The notes under the pieces are model-generated. The model was not told the origin of the DNA. It made no database searches and saw nothing but the letters and a program-made list of their open reading frames with translations. Positions 11,127-24,060 of a stretch of DNA of 64,000 nt are shown in pieces; within the stretch, counting starts at the first letter, position 1, and every line of letters begins with the position of its first letter. The position numbers were made by a program, and so were the translations under genes. Source of the stretch: Zootoca vivipara (lineage: Eukaryota); assembly GCF_963506605.1 (NCBI RefSeq), contig NC_083283.1:72850001-72914000 (forward strand), read 5' to 3'.

Positions 11127-14100
11127 AGAGGCAGGCTGCCTGGAGCAGCTTTCAGTCTACCCCGCTGCTAGAAGTTGGGGCTCTGGGGAAAGCTGGTGAG
11201 GAACAGGCAGGCAGGAGCTGCTGGAAGCTTTCCATTATTCCATACATGAAAGCTTGAGCCTAGATCTTGGCTGACACTGTAAAGTGGAGAGGGAGAATGA
11301 GCAGAAGGGAGAGGGGGATTGGGGGGGCATGGTGTCCTGCAGATCAGCTGATCGATGGGGCAGCGCAGCACCAAAAGACACATCTGTTTAATGTTAGCCA
11401 TGGAAGCATGTTGCACTTGGCCTCCTCTGCTGCATCAACATTGAGGGGGCTTGGTCCCCTCCCAACAGATATTGAGGAGCCCAGCAACATCTTGGCCCCA
11501 TAGAGGTGGCACCCCTGACTGAAACCATTATGTATTTTCAAGCTCTAATTTATTTTTAATATCCCTGCTCTTGCTGTCTCCCCTGCAAGCAGCATTCACA
11601 CAACAGCATACAGCATTTTTAAACACTTCCCCACTTCCCCTAGAGGCAGACAGGAACAGCACTAGCATCCCACCACCAACAGAATAGGATCTCAGAGGCC
11701 AAGCAGCAGTAACATTATCACCTGGGCTCATCCAAACTTCTGCTTGTCCTGTGCCTAGAAAGCATGGGTCTGAGTGGTTTCCCCCTTGCTCTGCTCCTTT
11801 CCCAGGAAAAACCTGCTCTTTAGCTCTAAATTGGAACAAATGGTAATCTACAAAAATTGCTGTTTGCTCCAATTGAGCAGTAAAGAGTGGTTTTCTCTCA
11901 GGGAAAGCAGTGGAACATGAGAAAATGTGGAGAAACCCACTATCTAAAATAGCTGCTCTTTATGCCCATTACCCATAGTGATGTGCACTCTTTATCGCAC
12001 TTGTATTTCTACCCACTCTGTGCATTTCACTCTATAACTCACTGAAGGCCTTAATTTCTGGCCACTTCTGCTTGTCTCCACTAGATGTGCTTTCTTTAGC
12101 CTGTTGACAACCAGCTTTCCTGAGAGTGATTAGATGATGTTCTGGCAGCTGATTACAACTGTTGGAATGTAAAGGCTACCAGAAGATCATTAATTTAGCA
12201 TTACATTAAGCACGCAAAACAAGTGAAGAAAGTCTAATCATTTATTATTGTTACATCAGTCTAAGTTTATAACCAGTTTCATGATTTACATCCCAATTAA
12301 ACTCTGCAGTTCATTGCAAATCATCTTCCTGGGATTAATCATGCAAGCGCGGTTGTAATTTATGACTACAAAAGCAAAGGCACTGAGATTTCCAGTGTTG
12401 ATTGGTATAGAGGTTTCAAATTAGTAACACCCCAAGTATTAAAGCTCTCCGGAAAGGCTGTCAGAAAGGCTTGTGTGTAAGAGCGGTATCAGTTCTTCAG
12501 GGTATTTGAAGACTCCAGTGCTACAGCATGGCTTATTTGTTGGCATTCCAGCTGTCAATCTGTGTCTCCCCAGCCCTCTTAAGTGACTGAGGCTATCCTA
12601 CTTGACCAAGGAGCCTTTGAAAGAACTTTCAGGGTGATATGGAATAATAGCTTCAGCTGCTATTCCATTTAACAGACAAATGTGATGGGCTGAGAACCAC
12701 CCAGCTTCAAGCTTGAACAAGCCACAACATGATACCAAACCATATTCACATTGCCTAAATAACACATCTGTTAAGGGTGTAGCCTTTAACAGCTGCAATT
12801 TGCTGGTATTTTCCATGCACTTGCTTTGAATTGTTTGTATAAATGGGATTGTTTTAATTGTTGGTGACAGTCTTTCAAGATATTTTATAGGAAGTGACTC
12901 ATATATGGAATCAAATGAATAAGTACATTTTAGAACATGGGCGAATTTGAAAAAGTCTTAACACAACATGGCAAATTGATTTATTTATTTTTGTAATTGA
13001 ATTTGTTTAAAAGGTCTTCCTGGGGGTAATTTGGGACATTCTTCTGGTAAAATTGTGCATTGAAGCAGAACTCTGAGGAAGCAGCTTTTGAAAAGGGACA
13101 TACAATTGTTGCCCCTGTGGACTATTATTTTGTCAAAATGTTTCAGGCCATGTATTTGCAACAATCAGTGGCTCTTCGGGTAATAGTTTTAGATTTACCT
13201 CTGTTTTGTTCTCCTTTTGCTCTAATTAGAACAGATTCACCAAAATCTGGCAAGGCAAACTTATGCTTATGGAAATCAAATAGTGTAAAATGTGCAGTGA
13301 CAGACCTTCAGGTCTCAAATTCCACTGGTGCCCTGTGTGACACCAAAACTTGGTGTCCCTAGGCTCTTGTTTGCTCCATCCTAAATAATAGTTGTGGCAT
13401 CCCCTTGGGAGGCCCAGGTGCTCTACATCCTGTGTGGCTGAATCGGTTGCTCTCCCCTAAATACACTTCTGATATCCCCGCCCCCTTGCTGAACCCTTAT
13501 ATAAAATGAGACTTACATTTTATGTGAAATAACACCATCACATGCTAAAGTGTTGATTTGGGCAATTTATGACAACTTTAAGTGAAATAATCATGTGGAA
13601 TGTAATGGATGGTGCTTAGACTATGGGGCAGCTGGGAAAAGTTGGCCTTTTTTTAGAAGAAGGGGGCTCTATGCTCTGTATGCAGAGATAAGAAGTTTAT
13701 TCTCCTGTTAAGATGCATAGATTATTCTGATCGTTATGGAGCACTGATGACTTACTGGTCCTCGAGAGTAATGTGTGAGGCCCCATGAGAAATAAAACTA
13801 GTCAAAGTTTTGCTGCTCGTGGAATTTCTTAGCTCTTTCTTCCAGGCAGGTACCTCCAAATGTTTCTTTCTTTTAAGAAGGAGGAATTTGATAGCCAATG
13901 CCAGACCCTTGGCTGCTTGTAAGTGAGAAGGCAGACAAGCAGGGACACCACACCTGCCTGAATGGACCAGCCTTCACTACTTATCCTATCCATTTCCCTC
14001 ATTACAGTAGTTGTGTGTGGGTATATGTATAGTTTTTGCAGAAAAGGAGGATAAACATGAAAAGCGCAAGCTTGTAGTACAGATTCATGCGTCCCCCCTA

Positions 14101-14787
14101 CACATGTATGGAATTTCCAAGTGGTGGTTCTGTGAATTGTGCCCCAGGATCAAGGTGCCACGTTAGTTAAAGAAACATTGTTCCTTGTGCAGTAGAGTTG
14201 TAAAATGACAATACGAGCTTTTGTTTTTCTTCCTGGCAAATTTGCATACATTTCCCCATTTGTCTGAGGTTTTCCTTCATCTCCAGCTGTTTATGAAAAT
14301 CACGTATGAATTTGCATTTCCCTGCTTTTGATCTCGTTGCTTCTCTGCCCAATGCACCCCTCCTATAAATGTTTTTAATGTGCTACATTAAACTATCATT
14401 ATTTGGCTAATGAAGATGTGTTTGGAGTTGGTAATGATATTATTCAAGCATTTATTAAGGCTCCAGAAATGATCAAAGACCTATCATATTTAAAACTTTG
14501 ATATATTATCTATTCTTTTGCAGGATGACATATGTAGCCTCTGTTATCTTAGGATCAAAGACTGCAAAACAAATACCATATAACTGAATTGATCACCCCT
14601 CCCCCGTAACAAGTAGTTTAAAAATAATTGATCATAGAAACTAGTTGCCATAGCACCATAGGACCAAGTGTGTGTGACAGTGTTTGCCATAGTCAACAAT
14701 TCAGGTTTTGGTTAAGTATAACATTGCCATGTTGACAAAGGACTATGTTTTCAAGGGTATTTTTTCATGGCCTATATAGATTATTAT

Positions 14788-15137
14788 GGGATGCGGGTGG
14801 CACTGTGGGTTAAACCACAGAGCCTAGAGCTTGCTGATCAGAAGGTCGGTGGTTCGAATCCCTGTGACGGGGTGAGCTCCTGTTGCTTGGTCCCTGCTCC
14901 TGCCTACCTAGCAGTTCGAAAGCAAGTCAAAGTGCAAGCAAATAAATAGGTACCGCTCCGGTGAGAAGGTAAACGGTGTTTCTGTGTGCTGCTCTGGTTC
15001 GCCAGAAGCGGCTTAGTCATGCTGGCCACATGACCAGAAGCAGTACGCCGGCTCCCTCGGCCAATAACGTGAAATGAGTGCCGCAACCCCAGAGTCGCTC
15101 ACGAATGGACCTAATGGTCAGGGGTCCCTTTACCTTT
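14788..15137 (+). mobile_element. Full-length Sauria SINE
   Basis: tRNA head GGGATGCGGGTGGCACTGTGGG...GGTTCGAATCC, CCCTTTACCTTT tail, 14-bp TSD TATATAGATTATTA (14773-14786, 15138-15151). Confidence 0.95.
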
Positions 15138-15957
15138 TATATAGATTATTACTGAAGACCCATTATTTCTTTTGATTTGATTAGGAAACTTAGTGAAATA
15201 AATTATAGCTAATCAGATGCTACTCTCATCCTTACTCTAAATGTAACACAGACAATTACCTATAATTAAACACACATGGCATATTTTTGTAAGAATCACA
15301 ACTGTACCCCTAAGACTCCCGGAATAGCAACATTTTTTTCCCATAGCCAAAGAGGGTATCACAGAATTTCAATTAAACCAAGCCCATTCAACAGTTGAAT
15401 CCTGGCGACCAACCAATGTGTATATGGATGGTGGGCCAACCAGCCTTCAGTAACTAACTTCTCCCACTTAATTTTGAACTACATAAGAATAACCATTTGA
15501 AACAACTTATGTAAGAACATTTAGCAATTATCACAAATAATAGTGCAGGCAAAAAGTCGAATGTTGTAAGTATATTTCCACAATCTATATGGTAATATAT
15601 TGTCTAGTGTTCTTTTATTCTGTGAATGGCAAAACATAATATATCAAAACATCGGCACCTCCCAATCAGCTGGCTAAAATGTTGAAACAGTATGCTCTTA
15701 CAGCTTGCTCAGAGACCATAGAAATAGGATCCACCCCAAAATATTTATCTTCAGAATTGTTTAAGCAATAATATTTTATGACAATTGCTGTTAAGGACTG
15801 CAAACCACGATCCCCCTGTGGCGAAACCGGATGCAAGCATGCAGCTAATAGAATGGCATTTCAAATTTTCCATTTAACAATGCCAAGGAAGTTACCATGG
15901 TAACATACCCCAATGAACAGAAAGACAACCTGAGAACTTCATCACCTCCCCAGTTTG

Positions 15958-15958
<1 letters not shown>

Positions 15959-16006
<48 letters not shown>
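15959..16006. repeat. (GAAA)12 microsatellite
   Basis: Perfect tetranucleotide run. Confidence 0.95.
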
Positions 16007-16007
<1 letters not shown>

Positions 16008-16639
16008 GAAGAGATGGAGGTTGTGGTGTTTGCACTATTTTATGGGATGAATTGAGTTAAAACAAAGAATGGATCATATATCTGCAACTTCACTACTGGA
16101 GATATATGTATGAGCCATCATTGGCCAAAAACCATAGACAGAATGCCCACTTGCCTTTGAACACAGACAGAAAAATGTTTATGAATGAATGAATCAACTG
16201 TCCATTATTGCTTTTCATTTGAGAGCCAGGATGGTTCATTAGATTGAGGCGAATTCTGCTGTAATTCAGTGGAATAACTTTAGGTATCTCTCAGTCCCCA
16301 GTTCTACATCTGTAATATGGTAATCCTTGAAGTTGTCTTAAAGTTGTGCTGCTGCTGCTGCTAATTTAGAAAATTAAACTGCCTAATATAACAACAAGTG
16401 AGCCACAGTTGAATAGGAGTTGGGGAGGCTTGGGAATGCCATTACTTCTTCCGCACCTCTGATGTTTGCCACCAGGAGCCAGAAGTTACACCAGGAGCTG
16501 TGAGTTACAGAAGCAGCAGCGGCTAGCTTCATACAACTAGCTCAACCATTATTTCTACCGTGACTCACTTTTTAAAGTCGCCTCTCACCAATAGGATGTG
16601 CACACTATATTTCTATCCTGCTTAAGATCCCCAGCAACT

Positions 16640-16945
16640 TGTGTCCAGAGATATTTTGCTTATGATGCCGGATGTAGTATAGCCATAATCATCAGTAAGC
16701 ATTGATAGCCTTACTCTCCATTGTCTACCAGGCTTTTAAAGGGATCCAAGTTGGTGGCCATTGATACATCAGGTGGCACTGAATTCCATAGTGAAGTATT
16801 ACCTATTGTCTGTTCCGAATCTCCCACCATTCATTGTTACTGGGTGACTCCTGGATCTAGCATTATGAGTGAGGAACGTAAACTTCCCTCTATCCACTTT
16901 CTACATAATGATATTTACCTCTATTATGTCCCCCTCTACTTGCCT
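16640..16945 (-). mobile_element. Old CR1 3' fragment
   Basis: ATCCAAGTTGGTGGCCAT...GAATTCCATAG, homologous to 5497-6057. Confidence 0.6.
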
Positions 16946-18464
16946 TTTCTATGGTGGCCATAATGAATCTGTCCTCTGACAAAGGAGAAATTGTTTTATT
17001 TACTGTATATAATAATGGCTATCATTATTATGGATACATTCTGATCTCCCTTGCTTATTAATTAATTAATTAAGCTTTGTTAGTGAGTTATTTAAAAAAA
17101 GTATCAAAGCCGTTTAACAAGGTAAAGTACAAGCAGAGGGGAACTGTCTGAAAAAGAAAATATAAAACAATATTCAATACAAAATACTTAAAAAGCTCAT
17201 CCAGGAACATAACAGTATAATAACTTAATAATAATGGCAAGTCCTACCCAAGAAGGACAAGTTCTTAGGTTAATGAGTTGAGTATCCCATAAAGAAACAA
17301 AACGTTTTGTTCCTTGAGACACTGAGAAACAGCCTTCTGCGATCTGAACTGCTAGGATAGAAATTGCTAAGTGAAAATCAGTGGATGACTGGTCAACCGT
17401 TACCTCATGAAGAAAAACACCCACTGAAATTGGCCTCAAAACAGGAAACCTGAATTTTGCTCTTTTCCAAATTTTGAGATGTAGTTCCCCAAGAAACCCA
17501 TGCTTATAGAAATATTTGTGTTGGGAAACCATTAGCACAAATATGTAAAGAATAGTTAGAAAAGTACAAAAAAAAATATCTCACTATATCAGTGGAAGGG
17601 ACTTACACAACATTACTTAAATTTCCCCAAGAATGAGTATGAGCCAAAATGCACCTGTAAATATTTTCACGTGGACTTAAAAACACAAATAAATCACAAA
17701 CTGATGCAAAAACATGGCGTACTGAACTTGGAAAGAATGGGAAACTGGGGGAACTCAAATCTGTCCAACCTGATATGTTTGGAAATCTTGGAGAGGCTGG
17801 AAGCAACAAGCAACTCCATTAGGAGAGATCACTTTCCTTCATTCCTTTTAGATCTTGTCAGATCAGTTGCATTCCTAGGCACTGCTTTGTATTGCATCTT
17901 ACTTTTGTTTACTTCCATTGGGTCTGCGTTTTGACACAGAGTCCCGCATCACTGGGATTTCCCATCTCAGTTTGTGCCCATAACTGTTACATTCAATTTC
18001 CTTAACACTTTAAAAAGTTTGCCTAATGATCCTTTAAAGCTGTTGGCGGCATGCCCACCAGAGAGGAAAGAGCATGGTGATTTTGCCACACGGGAACCTT
18101 GCTTCAGAACTAATTCCAAGAATCGTGTTCCTTGTGTCACCTCAGGACAGCCTAATTATGTACTACATTCTGTGGATCTATTCTTGAAGGCGGCGGGAAG
18201 GGATGCACTTGAATATGGATCATGAAATTGTATTGATTTATCATGCCAATTGTCTCTGTCATTATCATTAGAAATGATTATTCTGCAAGTTTTCAGACTC
18301 TCTATAAAGGAGAGAGTGGATAGTTCCTGATTATTCTTTATTTTTTTAAAACCTACAATTATCCATGAAAGATCCAAGCAACACAGCATTCTAATTTTGT
18401 TGGCAAAAGCATTAGAAAGGGAGAAAAGAGATGACAATCAAAATAAGGTAGTCCATGTGTTGTC

Positions 18465-18580
18465 TCCAAATGTAGTTGAACTACAGTTCCCATCAGCCCT
18501 GACAATTGGCCATGTTGGCTGGGGCTGATGGGAGTTGCTGACCAGCAAAATCCAGTGGGGAACGCATTGGCTACCCTTGG
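18465..18580. mobile_element. Decayed URR1-like hAT MITE
   Basis: ACTACAGTTCCCATCAGCCC...GGGGCTGATGGGAGTTG inverted core. Confidence 0.6.
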
Positions 18581-18650
18581 GATAATAAAGAAAATGTCAT
18601 TACTGTTATGAGTTGGGCCATTTAAGAACAAATTGGTGAAGGGTTGCATA

Positions 18651-18652
<2 letters not shown>

Positions 18653-18723
<71 letters not shown>
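18653..18723. repeat. Compound (GT)n(GA)n microsatellite
   Basis: Direct reading. Confidence 0.95.
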
Positions 18724-18725
<2 letters not shown>

Positions 18726-18889
18726 GATTGAAACAAGGGAGGAGTCAGCCATGGTTTCTGGTACTGACTCATTAGGTTAGTGAACAACTTTCTCTCATCT
18801 TCAGATGTCTCCTCATTTGGCCCTGGCGGAGGAGGAGGAGAGAGGAAAAGTAGCATGTGAGACCAAGGATTGCCCAAGCAAATTCTCAC

Positions 18890-18978
18890 CATAGCTGCCA
18901 AGTTTTCCCTTTTCTCACGAGGAAGCCTATTCAGCATAAGGGAATTTCCCTTAAAAAAGGGAGAACTTGGCAGCTATG
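18890..18978. mobile_element. 89-bp hAT MITE
   Basis: 15-bp perfect TIR CATAGCTGCCAAGTT; 8-bp TSD ATTCTCAC. Confidence 0.9.
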
Positions 18979-20635
18979 ATTCTCACAGTGTTGAAATATG
19001 CTGCATCTGACTGAGCCAGTGGCAGGGGTTCTGTAACCTAGCCTGGTGAGCTAACATGTGCTGAGTTCACCTAAGGAAAAGAGCTGAATGGGGTGGGCAA
19101 CATCAACCTTTGCAGTTGGTTAGCAGTATGAAGCCTCTGGATTGGCCAGGCCTGGTTTCAATGCTAAGTGTTTGGTTTCTATCTTTGCTTCATCAACAAA
19201 TGCATGCATTCCTGACATCTTCAGATACAGCCGCAGGCACCCAAAGCTGAAATGTGCATTTGCCAAGTCAGGATTTGGATATGGTTAGTCATGACCCCAG
19301 CCTCACCCTAACAATTAAACATTTGCAATCCTAATTGATTTCAATGGGTGGATTTTTCATGTCCTTAAATTTCTCACATTCACATCAATCGGTCCATAAC
19401 TTTGCCTGGGAACAATGAAACTGCCGGTCATAATTGTGTCTTTCTCTCTCCCTGCTTTTAAAGTAATCTAAGAATTGACAGCCACAATTAATTGGAGGCA
19501 TAGAAAAGATTTGGAAAGCCTTGGTTGGACCAAGCAAGAGGTGATTTCTATTAATATTCGTCACCTTCATCTTGCGTACCTTCAGACATCAAGGGGAGAC
19601 AGACACGTTTATCCAAAAAGCCATCCATATTCATTTGTTTGAAAGTGCCGTTGAGCACAGTGGGATGACAGCTGTGAGCAGGGTTCTTCAACCTATCCCT
19701 ACATAATCAACAGCTTCAACAATGTGCTCTGAATAATCCTCTGCCCACAGTGAAAGTGGTTCAGTAAGAAATAAAGAGAAGAAAGGCTCTCCCACTGTTG
19801 TGGCAACCAGTCGACTGGTTATCTGAGAATATAAGTATTCAGGGCCATGCTATGTGTTATAAGTAACTATGTGCAACCTGAGCTTGATGCCACGATCAGC
19901 ACAAGTGTACAAGCAGCTGTTTAGAGTTGGAATTCTCACTGTACGCCCATAGGGATACCTGAGAAATCTGATCTTCTGCATTTTTATACAAAATGGCTTG
20001 ATCTAACTAATGTGTGGATAGGAACAGAACTATCCATTTGGTTTCACACATCTCTGAATGTTGATGCAGTTCTTGCCTCAAGAAAAAGTATCAAAATGCA
20101 ATGAAAATGTGTGTTTTGAAAGAAAACAGGTTTAAAAAGCAACTAAATGTTTACTTAGATCAGAATTTTATTGTGGAAAAAATGCAGAGTTCATTTCTCT
20201 ATGCCACACATGAATCATTTCAGCTTTCAAATTATGGGATTTTCACATATCGGCGCAGACAATTTGGTGTGTATCCAATTGATGCACAACCACCGATGCA
20301 TGGGTAAACAGGGGGGCTGGAGGCGGCCGGGGCTTATACATTCTCTGTCAATGTGCACGGGGGCCAAGAATAGAACCCCCATGAAAAATGGTCACCACCT
20401 GTATCTCAAGGCAGAGCTTGAACAATAAAAAAGTCTCCTTCAGTTGTTTACTCTATGATTCAGTTAACATGTGGAGAGGGAAGCAGAATCACCTTTATTG
20501 GCCCCACTTTCTGTTACTTTTGACCTCCACACATTGGACAGAAAGTCCTAAGAACTAATATGTAAACCACAAGAATGCTACAGTGCTGATGAACTTCCAT
20601 GTGAACACACACAGAGAGACACACACAGACAAACA

Positions 20636-20849
20636 CAGTGGTACCTCGGTTATTGAAAGTAATTCCTTCCGGAGGACCATTTGATTTCCGAAACATTTGA
20701 CAACCAAGGCGTAAATGGTGGCTGGCAAAGTCAATGGAGAAAAGAAAAAAAATGCAGCAGAAGTCATTTGACTTCTGAGCCGCATTCGAAAACGTAAGCA
20801 ATTACTTCAGGTTTTTGGCATTCGACTCTTGAAAACTGACGTCCTACTG
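20636..20849. mobile_element. Tc1/mariner MITE, right end degenerate
   Basis: Starts CAGTGGTACCTCGGTT; similar to the other mariner MITEs in the window. Confidence 0.65.
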
Positions 20850-21212
20850 TGTGTGTCTCTCTCTGTGTGTGTGTGTGTCCTACAGACCACACACAATAAT
20901 TGTTGCAATGCTTTTTTGAGTTCTTGTGATTGCAGAAATCACGATAGCTAAATGGAATGCACCCATGTAGAGATGCTAATACATACAATGGGCATTTTCA
21001 TGCAGTCCCAGACAAATTGCAAGTCCGAGTTTGGTCTGGCACTTCACTGATGGAGGAATGTCATGTGAGCTGGCAGGGGATAAATCTGCCCAAAGTTGTC
21101 CTGTATTTTAATGAACACAGTAACCGTGCATAGTTAGTTCTGTTGAGAAGCTGTTAATAATAGAGCAAAACAGTCTGAAATCATATTTTCATGGATAAGA
21201 CCTTTTAGCCTA

Positions 21213-21215
<3 letters not shown>

Positions 21216-21252
<37 letters not shown>

Positions 21253-21263
21253 GGGGGGGGGGG
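21216..21263. repeat. (GT)n plus poly-G
   Basis: Direct reading. Confidence 0.9.
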
Positions 21264-21371
21264 TCTAATAGGCTAGTGTCTGAGACAGAAATTTGAGACC
21301 AGAAGCTGGTAAAGAATGTAGAGCTAGATTTGATCATTAAGAGAAAAGTTTGTTCCATTACAGAGTTCCCA

Positions 21372-21615
21372 GGTAGGAAAGGACCCCTGGACGGTTTAGT
21401 TCAGTCAAGCGACTATGGGGTTGTGGCACTCATCTCGCTTTCAGGCCAAGGGAGTTGGCGTTTGTCCACAGACAGCTTTCTAGGTCATGTGGCCAGCATG
21501 ACTAAACCACTTCTGGTGCAACGGAACACCGTGATGGAAACCAGAGTACACAGAAATGCCATTTACCTTCCCGCCTCAGTAGTACCTATTTATATACTTG
21601 CACTGGCGTGCTTTC
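21372..21615 (-). mobile_element. Sauria SINE, 5'-truncated
   Basis: GGACCCCTGGACGG...GGTCATGTGGCCAGCATGACT core. Confidence 0.9.
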
Positions 21616-22519
21616 TCCCAATCAGGTGACCTTTAATGAACAGCTTAAATGGCTGCCTCAGTTTATCAAGTTCATGATGAAGGTAGCTATTCTTTGCATC
21701 CTTGAAGAAATGCTGAGAGAAGGTTGGGAACTAACAGTCAGATTGTGAATGGCCACTTTATTTGCAGGGTTGCAAATGAAGCTTTGCATTGGACCAACAT
21801 TTACACCATCTAAGTTGAACAACATTTTAAAAATGGCCTTGGCAGGCCCACATTGCTCTGCTTTACATTGGTTATATCCCAACTAAGTTCTACAGAGAGT
21901 AGACTCATTCAAATGAATGGGTCTAAGTCATGCTACCACAGATAGTTATCAAATCATAGGTGGTGTCATACGGGACAAATGGTGCTGCATATAACACTTG
22001 CAGGTTTAGTGATCACATCTGCAAACTTGCTGGACTGCTGTAGCTGCATGTGTGAAACCAGCCCTTTAGCCCTGTTCTGCTATGTTGAATTGATCTGCGC
22101 ATTTGTAATGGTGTAATATAGCCTCCGGAAATAATTCCTATTCCATAGTTTAATGACACTTCGTTATCAAAGGATGGAACTAAATTCTAATTGCCAAGCA
22201 CTTGACATAATCTTTGTATCTTTGTAATACCTTAATAAAGGCTAAAATCCAGCCTCCATTGCACCAGTCAGTGCTATAAATAACCCAGGGGCTTACGAGT
22301 AAACAAGTTTAAAATAAAAGGCTTAAAGCTTATCAACTTTTGTCAGATTTGGAAGCAAACTGTTGTCAAAACATTACTGCAGAGGCATTTGGATTTGAGA
22401 ATGCCTCAAGTTTATTTATGATAGACTGGGATATATCTAACCTTCCATTCATTATAATGTATCTCAGGACGGACTACAGTACTAAGCAATCACAGCTGAA
22501 GACAAATAGAATTAAAACA

Positions 22520-22626
22520 TCACCATCACCATCACCATATATTTATACCCCACCCATCTGGCTAGGTTTCTCCAGCCACTCTGGACGGCTTCCAGAACAT
22601 ATGTAAACATTATAAAAACTTCCCAA
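22520..22626 (-). mobile_element. L2 3' end
   Basis: ATACCCCACCCATCTGGCTAGGTTTCTCCAGCCACTCTGG, as in 52594-53220. Confidence 0.75.
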
Positions 22627-22959
22627 AGTTGAATCCAATGTAGTGTGAATTTTCCATCAATGCAAGGATTCAAGCTTATGCAATAAAACATTCTCCCCCT
22701 CTCTCCTTCCCCATGTGCCCCCTTAATCTGTTCTAGGGGCTCCTTCTATAACCAATTTGTGAAGTATGCAGAGCTGGGGGAGAGGGATGAAAGTCTTCTG
22801 TTCAAATGGAAATCCTTGCACTGAGTGGACAAGTTATTTTATTACCACTCTAAATCCTTAAAATACAGATCCTCTGTTAAACCACAGAGCAAGCAACATC
22901 CTCTTGTGATAACTAACTAGAACTGCTATCTTTCAGATGCTCTAGCCAACAAATAGGTT

Positions 22960-23250
22960 GGTGCTGGAATGAGAAAATAGTTGGCACCAATAATGCCTCT
23001 AAGGGGAGGGTCATCCATAACTGGGCTGCCACTCCTGAGAAGACCCTTTCCTGTATCACCATGTAGTATACAGTGCCCAATAGTGGTGCAACAAGAGGGG
23101 CCTCTGCATGGGAAGGCTGCTATACTGAGAAGTGTTCCTTTGGGTAATCCATCTCAGGTTGTTCAGTGCATAATTAACCCCTTGAATCTGTCCTGGAAGC
23201 CGATAGGCACCCGATATAAGTCCTTCAGAATCAGTGTCACATGACTACAG
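22960..23250 (-). mobile_element. Old L2 ORF2 fragment
   Basis: Diverged match to L2 motifs (GAGAAGACCCT; CCTTGAATCTGTCCTGGAAG...TCCTTCAGAA). Confidence 0.45.
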
Positions 23251-23630
23251 GATGCCGCAGAAACAGAAGGGAGAAAAGGCTACTTCCTTCCTCTAACCCC
23301 ACTGGCAGATAAAGGAATGTGGAGAGGGTAATTTGGGGGCTGAAAGGGTCGCAGTGATAGGTTTTGCAGTTTCCCTTCTTCCTTTCTGGTGCATATGTTG
23401 ATTCAACCCAGAAAAAAGGTTCAGATGTTCTTCCCCTGGAAGTCTTTTTCTGAGTCAGGCTCAGGCAAATTCTGATGGCATCTCTAGACTTTTAATGGGT
23501 GCTTGACTGGCAGAAATTTGCCAAGCGGTCAGATGCATCATGCGGATTGGAGACGATGGGAGTTGAAGGCCAACAAGCCACTGGTCAGGTTTGCCTTTAC
23601 TTTTTTTTTGTGTGTGTGTGTGTGTTTGCT

Positions 23631-23635
<5 letters not shown>

Positions 23636-23680
<45 letters not shown>
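23636..23680. repeat. (CA)n microsatellite
   Basis: Direct reading. Confidence 0.95.
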
Positions 23681-23683
<3 letters not shown>

Positions 23684-23848
23684 CACCATATGTCCTCAGT
23701 ACAGAATTGCTCTCTATGACTACCCCGTGGTCACTGAGTCCATTATATTATCATCACTTCTTGTTCCTGAGTAAGCCTTCTTCATATTTTGTTGCTATAA
23801 AAGCCCCCAGCCAAAAATGGGAGGGAAGGAGGATCATATTTCAGAAGT

Positions 23849-24060
23849 TCTGGTTACAGGTAGGTAGCCGTGTTGGTCTGGGTCGAAGTAAAATATAAAA
23901 AATTCCTTCAGTAGCACCTTAAAGACCAACTAAGTTTTTATTTTGGTATAAGCTTTCGTGTGCATGCACACTATCTGAAGAAGTGTGCATGCACACGAAA
24001 GCTTATACCAAAATAAAAACTTAGTTGGTCTTATGGTGCTACTGAAGGAATTTTTTTATT
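23849..24060. mobile_element. Penelope-like element fragment with inverted pLTR arms
   Basis: GTTACAGGTAGGTAGCCGTGTTGGTCTG terminus; ~75-bp inverted arms (23897-23972 / 23982-24056); 13-bp TSD ATATTTCAGAAGT (23836-23848, 24061-24073). Confidence 0.85.
23972..24008 (+). ncRNA. Minimal hammerhead ribozyme motif (Penelope-type)
   Basis: UAU-CUGAAGA-A-GUGUGCAUGCACAC-GAAA-GC-UU-AUA: core boxes, helix II, palindromic AGCU helix III, short helix I. Confidence 0.6.

Noticed and set aside
11052-11200. Poly-glutamine coding exon
   Set aside because: The Gln frame stops ~25 codons later and the flanks resemble no protein I recognise.
15240-15920. Ancient LINE ORF remnant (minus-strand QGDRGLQSL)
   Set aside because: One weak motif only; family and ends cannot be defined.
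18359-18937. 192-aa ORF
   Set aside because: Runs through (GT)n(GA)n and two MITEs; no protein-like content.
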